From the NCBI RefSeq assembly GCF_009914755.1, contig NC_060926.1: DNA of 64,000 nt; one strand, written 5' to 3'. Shown one piece after another: positions 53,835 to 64,000 of the stretch (position 1 is its first letter; every line of letters begins with the position of its first letter). Made by a program: the position numbers and the translations under genes. The notes below the pieces were generated by a model. It did not search any database and was not told where the DNA came from. It saw only the letters and a list, made by a program, of their open reading frames with translations. The stretch comes from the human T2T-CHM13v2.0 reference genome, Homo sapiens.

Positions 53835-54426
53835 TTCGTATGCCATCTGGTGGCTGTTTCTGGAATAGCATCTCACTGACAAGCTGCTGTGGTCTCTGGG
53901 CTGGGAGTCCTCCGGCTCCTGTTCTGTCCAGATGTGGGCCCACTCCCTGTGACTTGAGTATCATTGACTCTTGCCTGAGCCAACCACTGTGCCTTTCCTT
54001 TTCCCTCCCTCTCTTTCCTCTCCTTTCTTCCACTTCTGTTTTGTTTTTTGCCTCCCTTTCCTATCTTCATCTCCCATCTCCTTTTCCTTCTGAAGTCTTA
54101 GGTGCATCAAGACACACATGTTCTACACCTCACCTGGCCCATGGGGCTCAGAGCATCCTTCCCACAGTGGTACATCTGGAAATCTTTAAGGATTTCCAGA
54201 AAAAGAACTTTATCTTTTCTTCTCCGGTCTTCCCCCACTTCCCCCAGTGGGGGCTTCTTTACCCCCATTTAATTTCTGACAGCTGTGACGCCTCCCCTAT
54301 TGCCTAGTGCAACCCATGTCAAATTCCTGCTTGTCTTGTGTGGATGAAACACGGAAAGCCGGGATTGTACAGAGCCTGACCCCAGCCTGCATGCCACCCT
54401 CTACCCATGTGCCTCTGTCTCCCCAG

Positions 54427-54561
54427 CCGGTCTCCCTCACCCCTCCAAGCACCTGAGAAGGAGAAAGAGAGCCCCGCGGAGCTGGCTGAGAGGTGTCTTC
54501 GGGAGCTGCTGGGCCGGGCTGCCTTTGGCAACATCAAAAACGCCATCAAGCCTGTTCTCAT
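54427..54561 (+). CDS. EFR3B: EFR3B exon 7 (135 nt): RSPSPLQAPEKEKESPAELAERCLRELLGRAAFGNIKNAIKPVL
   Basis: ccccag|C ... AT|gtgagt. Confidence 0.96.
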
Positions 54562-55003
54562 GTGAGTGCCCCCACCCACTGCCTTGGCCCCAGCCTTCAG
54601 CCTGGATGTGTTTCAGGTCCCTGGCATCTCCTGGCTGGCTGGGGGGAAGGGGATATTACAGTTGTGGTGCCGCAGCCGAGTCGATCCCTTCCCTGTGCCT
54701 GTGTTCCCTGCACTGTGACAGCAAAAGCTGCCACAGGGTGGCCAACTGCTGCCAGTAGGAAGGCACCCAACGCTAAGCAAAGGTGCCCAGCTTCACCACA
54801 CACATCCACAACTGCAGAGCGCTGTCCTTGGCCTCTCTCCAGCACTGGACTGGGACTACCCCAAGGCCCTTCAGGCTTCACTTCCTCACCCGGGAACTGT
54901 GCGAGGGGCTCTGAGAAGGTGTCCCTCTGCCTCCAAGCTAATCTCTTCTCCCTAACACTGCCGGGAGTTTCATAGTTGTTCCCCCACGTTTTCTCCCTCA
55001 CAG

Positions 55004-55082
55004 CCATCTGGATAACCATTCTCTTTGGGAACCCAAGGTGTTTGCCATCCGTTGCTTTAAAATCATCATGTACTCAATTCAG
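55004..55082 (+). CDS. EFR3B: EFR3B exon 8 (79 nt): HLDNHSLWEPKVFAIRCFKIIMYSIQ
   Basis: tcacag|C ... CAG|gtatgg. Confidence 0.96.
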
Positions 55083-55819
55083 GTATGGTGGCTCCCCTGG
55101 GCCAGCCGGATCCCAGGACAAAGGCCTCTCTAGAAGCTAGACGGGTGCTAAAATAGAAAGCCAGAAGTCCCCTGTGACTCCTCCGAAGCCCCCAGTTGCC
55201 GAAACCAGTGCTGCTTAAGCTAGCTGTGGAGAAGGGCCGGCTGATTTTATTTCCAGTACATCACAGACCAATACTTTTATAAAATACAATTAAAACAAAT
55301 AATTTCTAGAAAAATTAAATAAAAAACTCATGCAAAATGCAAGCCTACAGATCACACCCTTGGCTGCTACAGCATTGACAAATTGTTTACTAAACACTGA
55401 CTTTCCATCCCATCCTTATCTCAGTGTAAACCAATATCAGACCTATCTTGAATGGGCACCAGCCCAGGGGCCCCACTTTAGGCAGCACTGGACTAAGCCA
55501 TGTGGCCTCCCGTGGCTCTTGCCGGAAAGACCTGAAGAAATGAAAGGAAGACCCTATTTTAAAATGGTCTTTTGACCAATTTTGAAGTAAAAGGGCCCTG
55601 GAAAACTGTCAGCTGAGGCCTCCACTGGGATTTGGCTCTTTGTTGGAGGGAGAAGGGAAGGATCCAGTAAAGGGCACGAGGTGTCAGTGCCAACTGCAGT
55701 GCCCGGGGCCTTGGAACGTCCCTTTAGTTTACCCCCGCCTTTGGGTGCCAGGAGAGGGCTGCGCAGCCCAGGGACCCCGTGGGGTTGCTGTCCAGGCCCA
55801 GCTCATCTTCCTCCCGCAG

Positions 55820-55955
55820 CCGCAGCACTCACACCTGGTCATCCAGCAGCTCCTGGGCCACCTGGACGCCAACAGCCGCAGCGCTGCGACGGTGCGCGCG
55901 GGCATCGTGGAAGTCTTGTCGGAAGCCGCGGTCATCGCTGCCACCGGCTCTGTGG
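55820..55955 (+). CDS. EFR3B: EFR3B exon 9 (136 nt): PQHSHLVIQQLLGHLDANSRSAATVRAGIVEVLSEAAVIAATGSV
   Basis: ccgcag|CCG ... G|gtaagg. Confidence 0.96.
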
Positions 55956-56201
55956 GTAAGGGGCATGGCTAGGGCCTGAGGGCCGGGGACCCCGCGGAGG
56001 CTGCCGCCTCTTACAGAGAGAGGCAAGGGACAACAGGGAGGGGTCGGAGTCCGTTTTCCTCGGGAGAAGTCCGCCAGGAAGTTGGGAGCGCAGAGGAAGC
56101 CCAGGCTGGAAGGGGGCGTGACCCTGCCCTGCCTGCGCGCGGTGCACAGAGGAGGAGGGTGCCAGCCTTGGATCTCGGGTGTCCCGCCCCACCGCTCTCA
56201 G

Positions 56202-56363
56202 GGCCCACAGTACTGGAGATGTTCAACACGCTGCTGAGGCAGCTGCGGCTCAGCATCGACTACGCGCTGACCGGGAGCTACGACGGGGCGGTCAGCCTCG
56301 GCACCAAGATCATCAAGGAGCACGAGGAGCGCATGTTCCAGGAGGCCGTCATCAAGACCGTGG
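56202..56363 (+). CDS. EFR3B: EFR3B exon 10 (162 nt): GPTVLEMFNTLLRQLRLSIDYALTGSYDG...EAVIKTV
   Basis: tctcag|GG ... G|gtgcgg. Confidence 0.96.
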
Positions 56364-57354
56364 GTGCGGCGCGGGGCCGGGCCGGGGCGGGGCGGGGCCG
56401 AGGCGCGGAGTGGGGAGGGGAGGGGAGGGACGGGACGGGGCCCAGGGGCTCAAGACTGAGGCGCAGGGCGGGGTGGGGCCAAGGGGAGGAAAGAGGGACC
56501 CTGGAAAGGGGCGGGGCACCGGGGGCGGCCCGGGGATGGGGGTTGGAGAGGGAGGGACCGCACTGGGGCGAAGGGCATCCAACCGGGCCCCTGTAGGATT
56601 GTCCAGCACCCACATGCTATTCACGGACCTCGGAGAGAATGAAGTCGGGAAATGAAAGGACTGGCTGGGCAGGGCCTGAGCGACAGCGCAAGCAGTCAGA
56701 TGAGTGTCTCAGATCTGAAGTCTCAGGCGAACCTTCTTTAGTCCCAGTCACCATCAGACCTGCCTGATGCTTCCAGGTTAGGGCTTCCAGGAGGGAGAGA
56801 TGGGGACTAAGAGAAAAGAATGAGGAAGGGGGCCAGCCGCGGAGAAAATGTGTGTGCTCCTGGGAGCGGAGATTAGATAAAGCCTCTTTCACAGCCTGCC
56901 TGCCCTAGCCATGTGAGCTTCCCTTCAGCCTGGAGTAGGCAGGTTAGGAATGCAGAACCATTCTTCTCTCTTAGTTCGTGGGAGGAGGATTTACCCTAGG
57001 GCAGCCAGTGAAAGAAGCACCCAACGAGAACTCGGGCTCCCCCCGACCCCCCGCTCCGCCCTGGTCCCAGGGCCCAGCATTCACCATCCCCACCCCCTAG
57101 CCAAGGAGTCAAGACCTTAACCACAGCCTCAGGAACAAGTGAAAAAACGGAGCCTGGAAGAGACCTCCAAAACCACCTGATGCCTCCCTTTCCTGGAGAG
57201 GCCGAATCACACCCGGGCTATCCTGAATCCCTTTCTCTGGTCCTGGATTGACTCCGGAGAGAGGCAGCCCTCGCTCTCTGCAGCTGAAAGGCTGAACCAG
57301 GAGGGGCCCTGGAGCCTGTGCCTCACTGGGCACCCTCTCCGCCACCTCCTGCAG

Positions 57355-57466
57355 GCTCCTTTGCCAGCACGCTGCCCACCTACCAGCGCTCCGAGGTGAT
57401 CCTCTTCATCATGAGCAAGGTCCCGCGGCCATCCCTGCACCAGGCGGTGGACACAGGCAGGACGGG
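57355..57466 (+). CDS. EFR3B: EFR3B exon 11 (112 nt): SFASTLPTYQRSEVILFIMSKVPRPSLHQAVDTGRT
   Basis: ctgcag|GC ... GG|gtgagc. Confidence 0.95.
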
Positions 57467-57834
57467 GTGAGCCACCAATCTCCCCCAGCCTGGAGTCCTC
57501 CTCTCCCCCAGCTGCATTTTCTGACCCCCTCCTTTATCCCTCTTAATTTTCTTGGCTCTGCCCTCTGCTCTCTTTTTACTCCCAAATCCCTCAGCAGCCT
57601 TTAATGGGGCTCTTGGATCCCACAGTTTCTCAGGCTGCCCCACCAATAACCACCTCCCAACGTGGGGGGAGCCAGTCATCTCTTGGTCGGCTTCCTGGGT
57701 CCGGAAGTCACTGTCCTGGGTAACCCAACACGATAAGCCTCATGGAGAAACGAATTGGGGTAGAACTAAGCTGGCAAGTGTGTGACCTCTGCCCTATTAC
57801 CATCCTGGTGAGTGTTTGTGTCTCTGGTCTACAG

Positions 57835-57886
57835 GGAGAATAGGAACCGTCTGACCCAGATTATGCTGCTAAAATCCCTCCTGCAG
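57835..57886 (+). CDS. EFR3B: EFR3B exon 12 (52 nt): ENRNRLTQIMLLKSLLQ
   Basis: ctacag|G ... CAG|gtgagc. Restores phase 0. Confidence 0.95.
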
Positions 57887-58629
57887 GTGAGCCCCATCTA
57901 TCCCCATTCCTGCTCTTCCTCTGCAGGAGACAGCTCCTTCCAAGGGACCAAGTGAAGGCCTCCACATACAGTCGTGCATGTGGCATACTGCACAAATACA
58001 CCCAGTCGGTTGAGTCGGGGCTGAAATCTAGCCTACGTTCCACTCACTAGCCAGGCTGGGCACCCACAGAGCTGGGTCAGCCACAGCAAATGGGGAACCT
58101 GTTTCTAATTTTCACAAAGGTTCCTTATTGGCTACTGATAGCGTTGTCACTCAGACGTGATCTGTCTTGAGACGGAATCTGTTGGTTCCCGCCCTGGTTC
58201 CCTCCTGGTACCCCCTCTTTCCCTTTTCCCCTCTGTGTCCCCTGTTTTGCCAGCACGTGTTCTTGGCACATGTGCCCACCTCAGTCTCCCAGCCCCCATC
58301 CTTCCCATGCTGTGTTTTATTTAACTCTTCTTTACATCTTTGCAGCCATCACTGGAGTCTAGATCCATTGCTCTCAAACACCATTCCGATGACAGTCTTG
58401 TGATAAATATATGATTCCTCAGAGGTTTTAAGCTGTTAGCCTGAGTGAGGTCCTGGAATCTGTATTTGTAACAAGTTCCCCAGGTATTCTGAAGCACAAC
58501 CCCTGGCCTAAACCTGACATCTCACAACCACCTCTCCCCACCTGTCAGAAACTCAGCTACAACAGTAATTGTCTAGAAATGCTGTTCTCTACCAGATGCC
58601 TCTTATTTCACAGTAGGTCTCAGTTTATA

Positions 58630-59000
<371 letters not shown>

Positions 59001-59918
59001 TAGACCTCCTGTCTCATCTCTCAATCTCTGTCTCAGTTCTGGCCATGCCAATCTAAACAGAACTCCCCCGACCCCGCCGCCACCTCACACCTTCCCTTCC
59101 CTCCCCTCCAGTCCACACTCTTCATGGCACTAGATTTTTATAAACCCTTTGTGCTCCAACACTGCCCTCATTTAGTTATCACCTTGGTCTCCATATTCCT
59201 GCCATTTCTTTGCTGAGTTTATCCTCATTAATTTGTACCCAGCATTTTCTTAAGATAACAGTTTGGGGTACATCCTTAGGGACCTTCTGAATCATCAAAA
59301 GCATTGTTTTACAATATGGATTTAACAGTAAAGGTGCTTTGCTGCATTTGAATGCTTTGACAACAGCATGTATGGCATATCTATTTATGCCAAACTGGCT
59401 TTAGTCACAAAGCGCCATTATTGCCAGGCTAACAGACATGTTACAAAATACTACCTATGTGCACTATTTGGTGGTTGCCGTGTGTGTGAGTTCTGATCCT
59501 TCAGCCCAGCTGTGAGTTCTTCCACTGTCTCGTTCTTTGTGATGGTCATACTCTTAATGAGGCATTGTGTTCCTGGTGGCTGTTCATCAGTTGTGCCCTA
59601 ACTGGCTGGAATGTTAGGTTCAGAGACTGCCTGGCTCCCGCTTCCCTCCAGGGCTCATCCCTTGCTTGCTTTTTAACACCCGAATGTCCCTGCACGCTGT
59701 CCCCATCCATTCACATGTCTACTGAGCTCGGTGTCATCTAGGTGGATGTTGGAGTGTTCAAAGAGTTGCCTGGGCTGTAGGGTAGGGGAGGCTGGATTGG
59801 GCGATGTCTAGAGAGGATGTGTACATCAGACCTGACTTCCTCTGGCTGCTCCTCCATCTCCTCCTGCACCTGAGAGGGACAGCATTCCTAGGCATAGCTG
59901 TCCATACCTCCCTTGCAG

Positions 59919-60091
59919 GTATCCACAGGTTTCCAGTGCAACAACATGATGTCAGCCCTGCCTAGCAACTTCCTGGACCGCCTTCTCTCCACCGCCCTCA
60001 TGGAGGATGCAGAAATTCGACTCTTTGTTCTAGAGATTCTCATCAGTTTCATTGATCGTCATGGCAACCGCCACAAGTTCTCTACCATCAG
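59919..60091 (+). CDS. EFR3B: EFR3B exon 13 (173 nt): VSTGFQCNNMMSALPSNFLDRLL...RHKFSTI
   Basis: ttgcag|GTA ... AG|gtgaac. Confidence 0.96.
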
Positions 60092-60487
60092 GTGAACTTG
60101 GGGTGTCTCCTCCAGGCAATGCAAGATGGGGAGAGGACTCTCCATTAGGTCCTATCCTTTGGTCCTGTCCTCACACCCAGGTTCCCACCTCAGTATCTGA
60201 GTATTGTGGGATCTGAGTATCCCACAATTCAGATACTCAGTGAGACTCACCAGGAGTTGATCACCAACGTTGACCCTGGGGTCCTGCAAGAGAAGGAGAG
60301 ACTAAAGGGCACTTGTGTCTGGGAGAGCAGGAGGGTGAACTGAAGATTTGGAAGATAGAGAGTAGGCATTAAAGGGAGTTGCAAGTGTGAGAAGGAAGGG
60401 GATGCAGGTTATCAGTAGAGACTGAAGGGATTTGGGGGGAATAAGAGGAGGAAGAAAATAATCAGGATGAAGATTTAAGAGAAAGGG

Positions 60488-60785
60488 GGTCAGGGCGGTG
60501 GCTCGTGCCTGTAATCTCACACTTTGAGAGGCCAAGGTGGGATGATCACTTAAGCCCAAGAGTTCAAGACCAGCCAGGGCAACATAGTGAGACCCCCATC
60601 TCTACAAGAAAATTTAAAAATTAGCCGAGTGTGGTGGCTCACACCTGTGGTCCCAGCTCTTTGGGAGGCTGAGTTGGGAGGATTGCTTGAGCCCTGGAGG
60701 TTAAGGCTGCAGAGAGCTGTGATTATGGAACAACTACACTCCAGCCTAGGTGACAGAATAAGACCCTGTCTCAAAAAGGAAAAAA
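60488..60785 (+). mobile_element. AluJ
   Basis: Sense Alu dimer. Confidence 0.9.
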
Positions 60786-60974
60786 GAGAGAGAGATAAAG
60801 GGACAAATTCTTGAGAACTTGGGAGGAAAAGGTAATCGGGCTGAGAACCAGGGCCAGGGGAGCACTGGAGGCTTTGTACCAACTAACAATGTTGGGGATA
60901 AAGCTCAGTGACCCCGTGTGAGCTCAGGCTGGCCTCATGCAAGGGCTAAGGAGGCCCTTTGCATCCCTTCCCAG

Positions 60975-61050
60975 TACCCTCAGTGACATCTCTGTCCTGA
61001 AGCTGAAAGTGGACAAGTGCTCTCGACAGGACACCGTCTTCATGAAGAAG
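60975..61050 (+). CDS. EFR3B: EFR3B exon 14 (76 nt): [25 protein letters not shown]
   Basis: tcccag|T ... AAG|gtaaac. Confidence 0.96.
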
Positions 61051-61081
61051 GTAAACAAGCATGACCTCCAGGCACAGTGAA

Positions 61082-61478
<397 letters not shown>

Positions 61479-61792
61479 TTAAGCTGACCTCTCTGAGGAG
61501 TCAAGCCCAGAGTGATGAGCCAGTCCAGGGCCAGTGACTGTGTTCTGCTCCTACACCTGGATTTGGGCAGCAGCTTCTGGTGCTGGTTTCACTGGAGCCC
61601 ATCCTTCCCTACGTGAGCCTTCCTGTGTGTGTCTGCTTCTGCCAGAGCCCGCTTTAAAGGCATCCCCTCCCCAAGGGAGGAGGGGGCACACAGCCATCCT
61701 GCCCCCCTTCAGATTGGTCTTCCTCCGTGTTCTCCTTGCCCCTCCTGTCCCCATCCCTCCGACCCTGGCCTTCTGCCCGCTCCTGTCCCCAG

Positions 61793-61954
61793 CACTCCCA
61801 GCAGCTCTACAGACACATCTACCTGAGCTGCAAGGAGGAAACAAACGTGCAGAAACACTACGAGGCGCTCTATGGCTTGCTGGCCCTCATCAGCATCGAG
61901 CTGGCTAACGAGGAGGTGGTGGTGGACCTCATCCGTCTGGTGCTGGCTGTTCAG
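61793..61954 (+). CDS. EFR3B: EFR3B exon 15 (162 nt): HSQQLYRHIYLSCKEETNVQKHYEALYGLLALISIELANEEVVVDLIRLVLAVQ
   Basis: ccccag|CAC ... CAG|gtgggg. Confidence 0.95.
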
Positions 61955-62322
61955 GTGGGGCCTGGTGTGCGCAGGGCATGGGGCTTGGGATCAGGGGAGG
62001 GACTTGTTTTGGGCAAGCCCTGATAAGAGTATTGACTAGCAACTGCTTAACACTGTTTTGGAGCCCAGGAATATTGTACTCGTGGTTGGCCACGCCTCCC
62101 TGAAGACCCCAAACCATGGTCCTGTTTGGGGAACCCCAAAGAATGCTTCATTCATGGTCTTGGCCCGTCCTTAAGCTAAAGAAGACCCAGGGAACCGGGT
62201 CGTTCAGAAACATCCCTTAGCTACTACATGTCAAGTCTCTCGCAGAGTCTGAGTGAGACTCCAGGGATTCTTAAAAGGATGCTCATAAGCCCTGAGTGAT
62301 CCCAGACAAACTCATTTGTCTA

Positions 62323-62652
<330 letters not shown>

Positions 62653-63510
62653 GATTCTCTAGTTCCCAAATGGAGCTGTGCTTCAGAATTGCTTTGAGCA
62701 CTTGTTTAAAGTGTCTATTTCCTGGGAAGGTAAGTCAGAGTCTGGAAGCCTGGGGACCTGTCTACCAAGCCTCCTTTGCGATGCGCAGGCAGCCAGTGTG
62801 GCACCGGACAGGGCTTGAGGCTTTCATGGTCTTCCTGGGTGCGTGTGTACACCCAAGGCTACTGGGAGTCAGGGTGGGTCCTTTGGACCTCAAAGGCTGG
62901 GTCTCCAGGGTCCTGAAGCCAGGAGGGCATCATATTCCTGAATCGGGGCAAGCCTGGGAATTCAGTGACAGTCTCAGACCACCTGTCTGTTGGTGCTAAA
63001 TCCTGCAGGGCCAGCCTAGATGCTATAATTTTTAAATTCTGTTTACCCTCAAGAACTAGAACTTGGGGTTCCTTTATATCCCAATCCCCTGGTAACTCCC
63101 ACAGCTAATTTAGCTTAACATATGAGCCCAGTTTAGCAAGCCAATCCAGTCCTCTAAGAATCCGCTATAGTGAAGGAGACAGCACCCTGGCAGTGGGATT
63201 AACGACCAGGGTTTGGGCAGTGAAGGTCGCCACAGCTGGAACTGCAGAGTGGGGAGTTGAGGTCATTGCCTCTGTAGTCTGTGAGTACTCAAGAGCCTCC
63301 CAGTTCACGGACTGTTCTAGGGACCCCTCCCTTCAGCTTTAATGAAGGTGACTTTTTTCCCCCAGGAAGGTTTGGGTCAAATGCTGAGAAAGACTTAGTC
63401 TAGGAAAGCAAGCATTTCTAAAGAAGATTGGGAAGAGGTCGGGTGGAGCGTTGGCACCCAGTGTAGTCTGTCAGTGAAAAACTCCGGAGGCCTTGTCTAT
63501 GTTGCCGCAG

Positions 63511-63642
63511 GACGTGGCCCAAGTCAATGAGGAGAACTTGCCTGTCTACAACCGCTGTGCCCTCTATGCTCTGGGCGCAGCCTACCTGAACCTCATCAGT
63601 CAGCTCACAACAGTGCCTGCCTTCTGCCAGCACATCCATGAG
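63511..63642 (+). CDS. EFR3B: EFR3B exon 16 (132 nt): DVAQVNEENLPVYNRCALYALGAAYLNLISQLTTVPAFCQHIHE
   Basis: ccgcag|GAC ... GAG|gttggt. The gene continues beyond the window. Confidence 0.96.
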
Positions 63643-64000
63643 GTTGGTGTTCTCACGACCAAGAGCTCAGGGGGCCCTCAACTTGGGGTTTCCTGGGAAC
63701 AGCTTTTCCTTAATTGCATTAGTCCTGTACCTACACTTAGGCAGTGAAGACAGGGTTGAAGTAAGAACCACTAATGGTGAGAAGTTACTCGTGGCATCTT
63801 TCCCTCCTGTATGACTTGACAAAGCAGGGTGGGGTTAGGCACAGGGGTTGGGGGGGGTCTTCTATACCTGTTTCTAATACTGTCTGCCCCCTCCACTTCC
63901 TGCCCCTCTGTCTTTCCCCTACTCACGGGAGCACACCCGCACACATGCCTCAGATCATGCAGACTACAGCTATGAAATACCGCAAAAGTGACCTCAGATC

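Larger units (their letters stand above)
55690..56720. promoter_or_regulatory. Intragenic CpG island over exons 9-10
   Basis: Marked local enrichment of CpG and GC, with multiple GGGGCGGGG boxes, against a CpG-poor background. Judged by eye, not computed. Confidence 0.8.

Noticed and set aside
53552-54307. 251-aa ORF with a GR repeat
   Set aside because: Explained by the G-rich repeat and C/T-rich low-complexity sequence. No evidence of coding.

Overview
Human-type genomic DNA, rich in Alu elements. The window spans the interior of EFR3B on the + strand: the 3' part of intron 1 and coding exons 2-16. All 15 exons have GT-AG boundaries and their phases join into one continuous reading frame (about residues 3-618). 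Exon 1 and the 3' exons lie outside the window. Intron 1 carries a full-length antisense processed pseudogene of SUCLA2 with a target-site duplication (TSD), an Alu insertion and an unexplained 91-nt frameshifting segment at the presumed parental exon 2/3 junction. The rest is intronic: about 45 Alu copies (several nested), L1/L2/MIR fragments, MER4A, THE1 and MLT1 LTRs, an intragenic CpG island over exons 9-10, and several tandem repeats. I see no new multi-gene system. The best leads are the fossilised SUCLA2 splice isoform, a candidate EFR3B poison exon, a (GGGGGC)n repeat, and small template-switch or twin-priming scars. Gene and repeat identities come from recognising the sequence by eye, not from database searches. 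Repeat boundaries are approximate.
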